NCBI RefSeq assembly: GCF_041146345.1
Contig: NW_027191410.1
Coordinates: 992,001-1,056,000, forward strand
From: Neodothiora populina
Lineage: Eukaryota
DNA: 64,000 bases
Direction: 5' to 3'
Made by a program: the position numbers and the translations under genes. Every line of letters begins with the position of its first letter. Position 1 is the first letter of the stretch. Positions 11,854-23,612 of this stretch are shown piece by piece. Below the pieces are notes generated by a model that worked only from the letters and a program-made list of their open reading frames with translations, did not search any database and was not told the origin of the DNA.

Positions 11854-14266
11854 CTATCTTGACCAGAACATAATCTTTTTGTCAAAATCATCATCACTCA
11901 AGTCGTCGATCGTTCTGGGGTCATCTGGGCACAGCTGCTTATACAACTTCATGGCGGCATCGAAATTCTCTCGGGCCCTGACATCGTTGCCGCGGCGCCT
12001 CTCCAACAGACCGCGCTTACGATGTGTGCAAGCGCGCTCACTGATGAAGTGATGGTGATCGCCATAAATCTTGGCCGACTGATCTAGAAATTTACTGTAT
12101 CATATGTGAGACGTGGACATTTGCGGAAGATCAGAAGGTTGAAAAAATCCACTTACGAAGATGAGTCCAAGTCGTCCAGTCGAAGACAGTGTTCAGCAAC
12201 CTTCCTGCAAGCATCTCCTGTCCTATGGTGATTTGGACCAACAGTAGCCTTGTACTGTTGTAGGCTACGCCGATGTAATGCATAGGCCCTGTCGAAATCC
12301 TTCTGTGCGAGCTTAACATTACCAAGCCCAAGTAGTAGTTTTCCGGTACTATGATCAATCTTAGTGCGTGCAGAGTCGCTAGAGATGCAAAGCCTTACAC
12401 GAAAGAAGTTCTGTCATCAGTTCCATAGGCAGTCTCTCGGTCCTGAAGTGCTCGTGTAAAGATATGTTCCGCCTCCAAGAGGTTACCTTGGATCCAGTAA
12501 GCGAAGCCAAGGTTCACCAATGGCATAGATGTTGCCGTTCCAGTTGCATTGTCAAGTGAAGCCAGAGCATCTATGGACTTCCAATAGCAGTCGATGGCTT
12601 GAACAGTGTCATTATTCTGGAGCAACGCATTGCCATACTCATTCCACGCCACTCCTAGGATTCGATCTGTACCTCCCGAGATCTTTTCGCCATACTCGGC
12701 AATGACCTGGTTTTTGAAGACTTCAAGATTGGCCAATGTAACGTCTGGTTCGTTCGTATGCATTGTTCGAGCCCCACGGTAATAGAATATGAGCCGTCTT
12801 AATGTCTGGAGCTCATTCAAGATTTCGTTCTCTATATCTGGACTGTCGACTTGCTGCTCATGTAGACGGTCGAGCATCTTTCCCGCTAGCTGAAGCATTG
12901 GTGGTGTCTCCGTGTAATTTGCACGCATTATACTGCTCCTGATGGTCCTGTTAGTTAACATCCACCCTTATCATGGATGCTAAAGTTCACATGGTAGATC
13001 TTACCATGCAGCATCGAGCAAGAGTTTTGGACCCTGTATATGTGACCATGAAAGTTCAGATGGTGGTGTAAATCGAGAGGATAAACTCTGGAGGCGACGG
13101 ACGTGGGGATATAGCTCTTCACACCGTCCCCACCTGTACAGCTCATTCCCAAAGCTGAACTCTTCATAAGGCCAAGCAGATGACAACAGATTCAACGACA
13201 AAGTGAAGATGAAGTCAAATCGTTCGCTGGACATTCTCGCACGTGCTCGATCTTGCAGGAGGCGATGGGTGTGCACTACCACTTTCTCCGAATTTTTGTC
13301 TCTTGTAATCAGCGAGGACCTAATCAATTCAGTGCGGGCTGCTAGGTAATCCGAGCTATCTTGGGGGTAACCAGGGAGGACGGCATCAGGCTCCAGAATG
13401 TACTCCGGGATACCGTCTGGTCCAAGCATGGACACGACATCCAGTAAAGTCCCACCATACTTTAGATCTTCGAGAGCCCAGACTGATGCGACGGTGAACT
13501 CATAGCCATAGCCAGCACGGGCTCTGGCCGGTCCAGTATGCGTAAAAAGATCCTCACGAGCACTGTCTTTTATATAGAGGTCGAGAAATTCAGCAAAGGT
13601 AAGGTCACGCCTTGCTATCACCCCTGCCATTTGCGTTATGGCTAAAGGATAACCTCCGAGGACACCAGCGACTGCTTTAGCATCGTTACGATCAATCGCA
13701 GTCTGCTTCTTACGACCGACAAGTTTGGTGAGAAGTTTTGTAGCGTCAGTAATGTCAAGTGCAGACAAGTCTTTACCTCCACTTCGAGAGAAAAGATATG
13801 TCTTGGATAGCGGGTCTCGACTTGTCACAAGAACAGAGCCAGATCCATCGGCAGGCCAGTAATCATCGAGGTCATCCAGGTTATCGACATTATCGAATAT
13901 GAGCAACCAAGTAGCCTCTTCGGTCCCTTCGTTTTCCCTCTGCTCGTAGGATTTTACTGGATTAGCTAGCCAGCCTAGAAAAAGATCTCGCATCAAAAGA
14001 GTATCTCTGGCCTCAAGCGAGTCTGCTGGTACCAAGCCCAAAGCAACAGCGCTACTAGTTGGCGAGATTCCGTTCGTCTCAAAAGCTAGTGAGAAGTCAG
14101 AGCTTCTTCCGTTCGCCGTAGGACTCCTAGGACCCCCAAGTATGTGGCGGAAGACCAGATATCGCTTAAAACATTTCGCTAATAAAGTATTCTCACCAGA
14201 CTCCGATATGCAGCTGTTAGACACCACTCTCGCATGTTTACGGCTGGCAAATAGACCTACTGTCAT
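11854..14266 (-). CDS. NLR-like protein (NB-ARC plus TPR), 5'-truncated: no Walker A or N-terminal effector domain; possibly a pseudogene
   Basis: Walker B region WLLIFDNVD, sensor-1 GSVLVTSRD, GxP motif LGGYPLAITQMA, winged-helix segment (LIRSSLI...HRLLQ), TPR-like repeats (WNEYGNALL, LVNLGFAYW, LLLGLGNV) and C-terminus DFDKKIMFWSR* with stop at 11854. Three introns close in frame. The start is uncertain. Confidence 0.8.
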
Positions 14267-14893
14267 GCTTACAGGGTCCAGGGCTTTCGCTCATTGATAC
14301 CATAACGTATCTATATTGGTGATTCCGGGCAGCTGATCAAATTAATTGCATGCTAGAAGACGATAAGGACATGATTGACATGGGATATATGAGTTGAATT
14401 AACACGTTTGAAAATCCCTCAGTATTGCTGCAGTCGGCTCCACATCCCTAATCCTTCAGAGTGTTTTCCTTGCTCACATGCAGCTGCGAATATATGAGGC
14501 TGCATTGAGCGGCGATCTTCAGGGCTGCAGCCCCGTTACGACCTTATCCGAGTATGTTCAGTGCTTGTTTACCTTCGTTGGGCAGATCGCCAGAAGTTGC
14601 TCTACGATTTGCTTGATGTGTTCCGGAACATTTTCCGAGTCGCTCACAGTTGCCCATAATCAGTATGGAAAACCACCCTTGAGACCCATCGGATAAATGG
14701 TGAGTCGTTGCATCCACTATGCCTCTGCAAATGCTACTTGCACCGGCCTGATATCGAAGATCCGAGCGAAACGGCATGCCTGGTGGTTCTCAGTGACCTA
14801 AACGACTACAGCACTTACTCACTCCTCTTCTATACTCTGCATTGTACAGTCCAGTATATTTCCTAGCTTTCACTCATGCGAGTCACATTGACA

Positions 14894-15972
14894 ATGTCAA
14901 CAACCGGAACATTATCATTCATCCCTAGAGATGAGCTGTACCAGCGTGAAAAACCATATACCCTCAAATTCAACCCTCCCACAAATTTAGCCAAGTCAAA
15001 TATCAAAGGGCTTATCCAAGATGTTACTCTGGAGGATGTTCGAGGTCGAAAGGATCGCTTCACCATTGAGGACAACGGATTCGAAATTGTGGTTCTTCCT
15101 GAGACATTAGCTTACCACGATTTTGAGGACGAAACCAAGATTAAACAAGTGTATTTGCCACAGATTGCTCAGCTTCTGATGGATATGCTGGGAGCATCAC
15201 GCGTGCAGATTTTTGAGCATCTGGTATTTTGTAAACAATATGCGCCAGCGACAATAATAGTGTTGACAATCTTGTAGGTTCGAAGACGCCACATCAGCTT
15301 TCCAATTGCGACTGGTGAAGTCTATCAGCACTACCAGCCGACGACTACAGCCCATATAGGTACACTTCACGCTTGACTCGCGGGTTTATGGAAGACTGAC
15401 AGTGTCACAGATATGACTCAGGGATGGGCTCGCAAGATGGCGGGACGGCTTAATCACCGAAGTGGAATACACGAGCTCCCCTCACAGAGCTATCAGTTCG
15501 TCAAGTACGTGTCACTTTGGTCAATCAGTATCTAAATTTTAGGTCTCAGATCTGACAGAAAGATCCCAGTGTATGGAAACCGCTCCGTGGACCAATCCAG
15601 GACTGGCCTTTGGCATTGTGTAATCCTGCCACTGTCAGTGAAGATTCTACCATAGCAGGTGACATAGTGTTTGAGGACATGGAAATGGAGAACACGCTAT
15701 TGCACTACGACAACGAGCAGAAATGGTACTACCTCAGTGACCAGAAACCAGATGAAGCTTGGATCTTCGTTCAGGGCGATAACAGGAGTGGAATTGAGCA
15801 CAAATGTAAGATTACTTCAAAGACCCTAATTGCTTAATCATGGGAGAGAAACTCATACTAATAAATCGTATAAGGTGTTCCACATACTTCGTTTTCTCAT
15901 CGAGACTATACTGGAGGCAGTCTGCCACGAGAAAGCATTGAAGTAAGAGCATTGGTTTTCTATGACACCTGA
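14894..15972 (+). CDS. AsaB/CmcJ-like oxidase (hydroxylase/desaturase family, often annotated as methyltransferase CmcJ)
   Basis: Five exons give DVRGRKDRFTIEDNGFE, IFEHLVRRR, AHID, VWKPLRGPIQDWPLALC, WYYLSDQKPDEAWIF, VPHTSF and PRESIEVRALVFY, the hallmark motifs of the family. Confidence 0.88.
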
Positions 15973-16151
15973 AGGAGATATCATTCTCCACTTGTATTTA
16001 TGTGATAGTCTTTCAATCTAGATTAAAGATCGAGATCGGTAATCATCACTCTAGTCCTGTGCATTCCGGAGCAGCTTTCCAAGCACGAGCTACATAAAAC
16101 AAAGATGCAAGTGCATTAAGAAAGTCCCTCTGGGCAGTCTGTCCAATAGCT

Positions 16152-16450
16152 TCAAAGGCGTGTCGGTTGGAGTGAGGATGGGCTAGAAAATACTACTCTG
16201 CGTCCTGTCAAATGCATTAGACTAATATCCGAGTGTAGTACCAAATTTGATCACAGACTTGTGACCTACCCTTCATGTCCTCGGTATCATATTCTATAGA
16301 TAAATTGAACTCGCCTGCTGTACCGGGGTTATCGATTATCTGACCCTTGGCATAGCTATAGTTGATGGGCTGAGCAGAGTGGTTGGATTTGTAGTAGGTA
16401 GACTTGAACGCCTTCCAAGGCTGAGTCTTTTGGTTGTCTTGGTTCTCCAT
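16152..16450 (-). CDS. Spliced small protein (77 aa) of unknown function
   Basis: ATG at 16450. Intron 16205-16269 (GTAGGT...CTAAT...GACAG) joins in frame to give MENQDNQKTQPWKAFKSTYYKSNHSAQPINYSYAKGQIIDNPGTAGEFNLSIEYDTEDMKGRRVVFSSPSSLQPTRL*. Confidence 0.55.
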
Positions 16451-16903
16451 GATGAGTTGGAGTGTGAAATCTGTCGATCTTCTGGTAGGAGTGGGTTGAT
16501 TGAGTTGAATGAAGATGGCAGGAGCAAGAATAAGCTGTAAGCATAAGGAAGAACAACTCCGAATAACGAGGTACCCTAGGCGTGGGACTTTGTTAAGTAG
16601 TTAATGTTTCGATACGAGCAGGCTCGTGCCCTTGTACCTCTATCAGTCACTCAGTAATAAATCCACCTATCGGAGTTGCCTTGAGACTGATATATCGTAT
16701 ATCATAGACCCCCACCTCATATTGAAACAAGGCTGACAGCAACAGCACATGCTGATCACTATGATACGGGATCGCTTTAATATATGTAACGAGACAGAGT
16801 AGTGTAGGTTGATTTACATGAGCCGCATTCCTAGCGGCAAAGTAACATTCAAAAATCATTCTATCTACAACAATATGGCTCACTGCAGAGGTGTGCGAGT
16901 AGG

Positions 16904-18721
16904 CTAGCTTTCTCTTCGGTGCAACAGTGATCTGGTCAATTCCTTTATCCTCGCTCCGTCGAAGTATAAAAATCCGACAGAAAGGACGAGTACAGGCACG
17001 GAAGTGACGAACCAAATCCATATTGACAGTTGTGTACCCAGTTCTGAAAAATTCATACCAAAGAACGAGGTCGTGAACGATAAAGGGATGTAGAAAAAAG
17101 CAACTAGAGTCAATCGCGTTACAGCTCGAGCCTGGGAGATAGCCTGCTTAGACTCGGCTAGCATAACATCATTCATAGTAAGTTCCATACCCCGATGGCA
17201 TCGCCTGAGTAGAGATTCTGCGCGTTGGCTGAGGTATCCAAAGCTCTCTTGTAGAAGCTTCGCGGAAGTTTCTGCTCTCTTGTGCTGATCCTCATGTTGC
17301 TTCGAGATTCGAGGCCAATTATCTCCTCCTCGGTTTTTGACCACATCGATGGTCGAGCGCAGGCGAGATGAGTGAGTCTCAACGATGTCCATATAGAATC
17401 GCAGGTTCGAGAGGGTAGCATTGTGCTTTGGGGCGGGATGGAACTCTGTATCAGACAGAATCTTAGCCTCGACAATGTTCAATAATTGAGCTTCAGAGTG
17501 GGCATAGAATCGAAACAGATCCGAGATAGCGTAGAAAGGATCCAATTGCATTGTTTCAGGGTTGAGGAGGTTGGCATAATCTAGAGCTTGCAATATCGCG
17601 CTTTGTGGGAGTTTCTGTGGCTCATTGCCGAGGTGGAGGTCTGTCGGGTCGGTCCTCAGCGCTATCCTTGACGGATATTGAATCGTTGGCAAGAACTTTG
17701 TCCAAGGCGAAGGAAATTCTCCATCGTCAGTATCGAGCCAAGGTCCTCGAGGTCCTTCCGACAGATCATTTCCAGCATCCGTCATGACAAGAGCTGTGCG
17801 GATTCGATTAGAAGATCTTGTTGTTATACCCCAGCTGTGAAAGAAGCTTACCTATCCAATGTCCTTGTACATAGTTCAAGCAAACACAAAGCTCTTGCTC
17901 GACTAGGAAGTACTTCTCATCCAACGCAGCGAACCCTCGTACAACAGAGTCACCGGCTTTTACATCATCTTTGAGTCGACTCTCATAGGTGTGCATGGCT
18001 TTCATGCCATCCATTCGTAATTGATCCACAGCCTCTTGATCGGACTCATGAACATTCTTCTGTCTACATCCAATCGTCGTGAATGTTAGCCTGATTGTTG
18101 GTTCTGCGACACACGGCACTGAGGGATGAGAGAACAAGTTGTTTCGCCAGAGAAAACGAAGATGAGTGTTGAAAAGTTCAGGGTCGGTCTGACAGAGGGA
18201 CCCGATCTCGGTTATCCATTCCTTTGTTGGCATTCCTCTTAAGAATAGAATGTGGGAACGTGGGCAATCTTTGTCTGCCATGAGCACCTTGACACATTCG
18301 CGAGGGTTTTGGAAAGCTTCGCGTTTCCTTCCATCTGTAGCGTTTATGGTGTAAAGTATTGCAATAGACGGATTATCGGACGTATTCAAGATGTTGGCGA
18401 AGGGCCTATTGGATGGCCTCACAGACCTTCCACTGAGTAATTCATCCAGATCCACAAACATTTCGCCAGGGTATATCGAATTCGCGGTCTGCCGTTTCGC
18501 ATGCTCTCCAATAGCAAAAGCATACTGATCAGGGGTCACTATATCTGTGATGATGTCAAAAGGACAACTAGAGTATTTCCTGCACTCCAAGGCGACGTAC
18601 TTGCCAGATCCTCCGAAGTCTTAAGGTACGCAATCCTTTCGCCAGTTTCTGTAATATTGATCAATGGTAGTCGAGGATCCGTCTGCATGTTGACTAGAGT
18701 GATAGGCTTATGGTGCATCAA
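16904..18721 (-). CDS. Fungal CorA-like membrane protein (long soluble N-terminus, C-terminal helical stalk and two TM helices with GMN)
   Basis: Three exons join in frame (...EDLA|NIVTPDQY..., ...GHWI|ALVMTDAG...). The C-terminus AISQARAVTRLTLVAFFYIPLSFTTSFFGMNF...IWIWFVTSVPVLVLSVGFLY is the CorA TM1-GMN-TM2 signature. Confidence 0.85.
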
Positions 18722-19605
18722 AGCGACTATAAAAGCCCATGCAAGCGTGTTGGGCTTTTTAAGATTATAGCATTGTATATCTTTTCAGCGTCCTTCCTTC
18801 AGGTAGTGTGTAGTTGCACCTCATATCGACTGCGTACGTATCCTGTATATCACTTGCCTGCGATCAACATCTTGTTCTGCATCTAGCCTGCAGAATACTG
18901 CCTAGGCGTAATCCTTGGGTTGTGTGCAGCCACTGTCTCAGCCATCTGAGCTAGTCAAATGGCGGCTCGTCTTTCGAACATACTGTGGATGGCCTCCTTA
19001 GACACTCATTTGGGAAGATCGCTGAAAACCCCTCTCCCTGGCATTCATACCTGAGGTATGCATCGTGTCTCTCGGAACCAGTCAGTCGGAGCTGGAGTGC
19101 GTCAGCCCCTTCCAAAAGTAAACAGTCACGAAGACAAAGTGATTGGTGGACTTGAATTTGCTAAATGAAAGATACTAGTAGTGCATGATATACTTGAATA
19201 AATCAATTTCGCGCGATTTCATTTGCCTAAGCCCACTAAGACTTTGGTCATTCGAGGCGGCATCCGTTGGCGCATAGATTGCTGAGACACCGAGAGGCAT
19301 ACAGACCCACCGGTTCCCACCTGTAAGCATGCATGTCGATGCAACAAATTGCTCATTCGCTACCACTGCGCTGCAATATCATATCAATCAGGGCGATCAG
19401 GTCACATGTGATGTGAATGCCGTAAATCCTTACGTCCTACGTCTGCCCGTCGCCCATCTTATCAATTGCCCTCAGAGTCCAGCTACAGAGCTACTCTAGT
19501 ACTGGACGTGTTGAGATATACCCCATTTGCTGCCTTGAGTTCAGCGCGTATTATATGTTTTTTCGTCGACATCGATGTGCGATATCTCACTTACATAGCA
19601 CCACC

Positions 19606-20131
19606 ATGCTTCTCAACTCCAAGATTCTTCAAGCCGCCGATCCAAAGCAAGAAGCTCTCAACGTTCTACGCAGGCTGACTACGCCTCAATTTCAATGGGA
19701 CACTTGCAGACTCACCTACCGTCCTGCCACTTTTCTGAGAGGACGTGAAGACGAGAATGGCGTAAGTAACAAATTGGGTTCGAGCTGAACCCTGACTAAT
19801 TACTCATTTCTTAGTTAGTGGTCACTGGAGTCCGGGGCTCTCTAGAACGACCAAAACACCTGATATCGCCATTAGCTATCGAACACTGTTTTGCATTTGA
19901 TGCATCGCCACCACACTAATACATCCAGCTATCCGTCGAAGAGACAGATCGAGCCTCACGCAGACGTTCGAGATTCGAGACCAGACTGCAGACACGAAAG
20001 TCGCCCAAGCGCGTTACGAGGCTGAGGTGACGGCACTTACGAAGCACGTTCAAGAACAAGGTGTGGGGGAAACTATTAGACATATCCTCGATCCACTAGA
20101 AATGTCCTTTGAGGAGTGGGAAGCATTGTAG
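19606..20131 (+). CDS. Orphan small protein or pseudogene
   Basis: caccATG start, clean GTAAGT donor near 19762, and a final exon after CTAAT...CAG reading IRRRDRSSLTQTFEIRDQ...MSFEEWEAL*. The middle exon has no convincing donor. Confidence 0.35.
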
Positions 20132-20963
20132 TGAGTGCGTGAGCGGCATTTGATTAGTGTGCGAAATCCGTTCCATATCAAGTGTTTGAAGTATTATGCT
20201 TGTTGAGAGTAGAGTGAAGTCGTGTAGAGCATGATCAACACTCACAAAAACTGTTGCGTCAAGACCGTTCGAGCCACAAGATGCAGTAGACAGTATAAGG
20301 TGTAGAATACTTGCAACAATGAATATTCAGCAGTACTGTATACTACAGTAGAGCAACTTGTAGCTTTGTAATGGGTTGCATGAATTTGATGATCATCAGG
20401 GCACCACCCTGTTCACATGAATTGTCGTCAATGAAGGACAGGGTCGCCCTAGAGATGGACTGTAGACAGACCAAGTAAAATCCTTGCGGAGCATACGTTG
20501 CGCACCCTCATCTTAAGCAGTGTTACATTGATCTAGCAATGTCTGTGTGCTATACACACCATATGAAAAGGTGGCCAGGATGATCTCTCGGTAAAGCTAC
20601 CTTGCCTTTTGAAGTATAAGGTATAAGGTACGGTCCAACGTTCGTGTCGCTCGCGACCCCGTAAAGCCACGGTTCCGCCCTGACACCTTGAAGCTGCTTG
20701 TCTCACCCTTTTGCACATCAACATTCAGAACAGAGCACTGTTTTTTTCCATTCGCGCATTCATCTCTGTTCGCGCTTTCTGAATAGCAGGTGTCGCCGTT
20801 CGCCCCCACTCTCATTCTCACTCTCTTCTACTCTCTGCCTCGACTTGTGGCCAAAAGCAATTGTATAGCACTGTAACGTCACGCCAGGAAGCGGGCTTAC
20901 GCTTCTCAGGGGACACGGTCTCCGCATCAACATCTGCTACTCCTCTTCTTCTTCCAAGCGTGC

Positions 20964-22855
20964 ATGTTACCCGTGTATGCCTCTGCGGGGCCACAGGACA
21001 AGATGAACAGGCACGCATATTCCAATGGTCACTCGGGCGCCTACCCGCTGAGCGGGCGAGGCGCATTTTCAATTCAACCCCACAAGTACGATGCTGCCTA
21101 CCTCTATCATGCATCTTGAATCTTTGTTATGATATTATGATTTCACGACTCGTCGCCATCGCGCTCGAGATTACACCACTCGTGCGCTGCTCGCTCGCGT
21201 TTGCAATCCACTGATACGATATGCCATGCACAGATTTTCTCCTAGATCACAACCCGCGCTGCGAAAGCGCCGTCAACTTCTCCTTCGACTCGCACTGGGC
21301 GGTAGCTTGACCCTTGCCCTCGTCTTTCTGTTCTTTCCCTCCCTGCGACACGCCGTCATCCCTGCCTTATCTCTAGGGCTTTTTTCAGGCGGCGCTGATC
21401 TTCAGCTCGAGACCGTGCGATATTACGATTTGTCAAACGTGGCCGGAACTGCCAGGGGATGGGAAAGGGAGGAGAGAATACTGCTTTGCGCTCCTCTGAG
21501 AGATGCCGCGCCGCATCTGCCCATGTTCTTCTCGCATCTGCGCAACTTGACGTATCCCCACCATCTCATCGACCTGGCCTTCCTCGTCGGTGATTCCAAG
21601 GACAACACCCTGAATCTGCTGTCGGATCTTCTGGCCAACTTGCAAGCTGATGAGAGACCGGACATTTCTTTTGGTGAAATCTCTGTCATTGAGAAGGATT
21701 TTGGACAAAAGGTCAACCAGGATGTCGAGAGCAGACACGGTTTTGCTGCTCAGGCCAGCAGGAGAAAGAGCATGGCACAGGCTCGCAACTGGTTGCTCAG
21801 TGCAGCTCTTCGTCCCACCCACAGCTGGGTCTACTGGAGAGATGTCGACGTCGAAACCGCCCCCTTTACCATTCTGGAAGATTTGATGAGACACAACAAA
21901 GATGTCATTGTACCTAGTACGTCTTCCGCGCGCTTGGCACAACAAAGCATACACTGACAAGAATTACAGATGTCTGGAGACCCCTACCCGATTGGCTTGG
22001 TGGAGAGCAACCTTACGATTTGAACTCGTGGCAAGAGTCTGAGACCGCATTGGCGCTGGCTGATACGCTGGACGAGGATGCCGTTATTGTCGAGGGTTAC
22101 GCAGAATACGCCACCTGGCGCCCTCATCTTGCTTACCTCCGCGATCCTTACGGTGACCCAGACATGGAGATGGAGATTGACGGTGTCGGAGGTGTCAGTA
22201 TCCTGGCCAAGGCCAAGGTGTTCAGAGCAGGAGTGCACTTCCCGGCCTTCAGTTTTGAGAAACACGCCGAAACCGAGGGTTTTGGCAAGGTGAGTCAAGC
22301 AGTCCCTGAAATATCCACCACCCCGATTCAAATGCTAACAAAAGCCGCGCAGATGGCTAAGCGTATGGGATACTCGGTCGTTGGTCTTCCCCATTACACC
22401 ATCTGGCACTTGTACGAGCCCAGTCTGGACGATATCAGGCACATGGAGGAGATGGAAAACGAGCGTATTGCACGAGAGGAGGAAGAGAAGAAAAAGCAAG
22501 AGCGGCTGGAGAAGATCCAGTCGCAGTTCGACGACACTGCGAGTCAGTGGGAGAAGGACAAGTCGGACATTCTCGACATGTCGACCAAGGAGACTGCGGA
22601 GAAGCAAGCTCTGGCGGATAAGAAGGAAGGCGTCAAGGTGGACTCGGACTCGTAAGCTTCAGCAGTGGACTGCTCGTCGAGCACTGGTTGCGTAGCGGTC
22701 AACTAACGTCAAGCAGCACACTCGAGGCAAAGGACGGCAAGGGCCACATTATAGATCCCAGCGAAGACAAGGTTGCCGCCGCCGCAGCCGCAGCCGCAGC
22801 CGCCGCCGCAGCCGCCGCCGGAAAGAAGGCAGCACGGGACGAGAGCAATCTGTAG
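20964..22855 (+). CDS. ANP1: Golgi mannan polymerase complex subunit Anp1 (GT62)
   Basis: Start at 20964 or 21003 with intron 21086-21233. TM anchor, then ILLCAPLRDA, LTYPHHLIDLAFLV, RRKSMAQARNWLL, WVYWRDVDVE (DxD), HAETEGFGK. Likely last exon 22718-22855. Confidence 0.92.
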
Positions 22856-23612
22856 ACGGCGTATCCGGGGGCGTCAGGAAGGTGCTTTAGAAGGGAAATG
22901 GTAGGAAAAAACGTGATAAATCATCTACAGGGCACGAATCAAGTGCAGTCTGCGTTGGTGAGACCTGCAATATCTGGGGCTACGTCTCTGTGTGTCGCCG
23001 AGCACGGTTGAGAAATGGCCTCTGTCGACCAGAATGTGTTCTATCTTGGGCAAGGAATTGAATGTGCATGTGTACCTTATACATGACAGAGTCCGGGCTA
23101 CCAGATTCACTTCTAGCAAATATTAACTACAGTTTTCTATTGGAGCTGCGTTCGCTCGATACTGCTATTTCCGAGATGCTGATGCTCCCAGCGAGAATAG
23201 ACACTCTGTCCTCATCGGAGCAAGGTAACATGATATTTCTTCTCTAGGCTACCATACGGTATCCGAGGCAGGTAGTTGTGATTTACCTTGGTACCTTATT
23301 ATTAGATACAGTATGGACCTTACCTTATGTTCTGGGGGAGGATCTCGATGCGACACGACGGGCCGGCGGCTTGGCTCCTCCGTCCGGGGAAGCTGCGAGG
23401 ACTAGGACCAGATGTCTCTCGCCCATCATCGACATGTGTTTATTCGTCAACCCACTCTAGCCACTTGTCAGGCTCTCGCCGCCTGTTATATACTCCTCTT
23501 GTCAGGGTCTCACTCGATCACAAGTCTGTCATAACACCTGATTTCTGCGAAAGGAACAACAAGCTCCCCTTGATCGATCCCAGGGTGCAATGCATGATCT
23601 CGCCCAGACATA

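Noticed and set aside
11000..20500. Transposon or Starship boundaries around the island
   Set aside because: No transposase or tyrosine recombinase, terminal repeats or target-site duplication recognised by eye.
20977..21006. uORF overlapping the ANP1 ATG at 21003
   Set aside because: An in-frame ATG at 20964 precedes it, so it is probably internal to the CDS.
21086..21233. Possible C/D snoRNA in ANP1 intron 1
   Set aside because: Box C matches are poor (ATGATAT, ATGATTT) and the CTGA coincides with the branch point.
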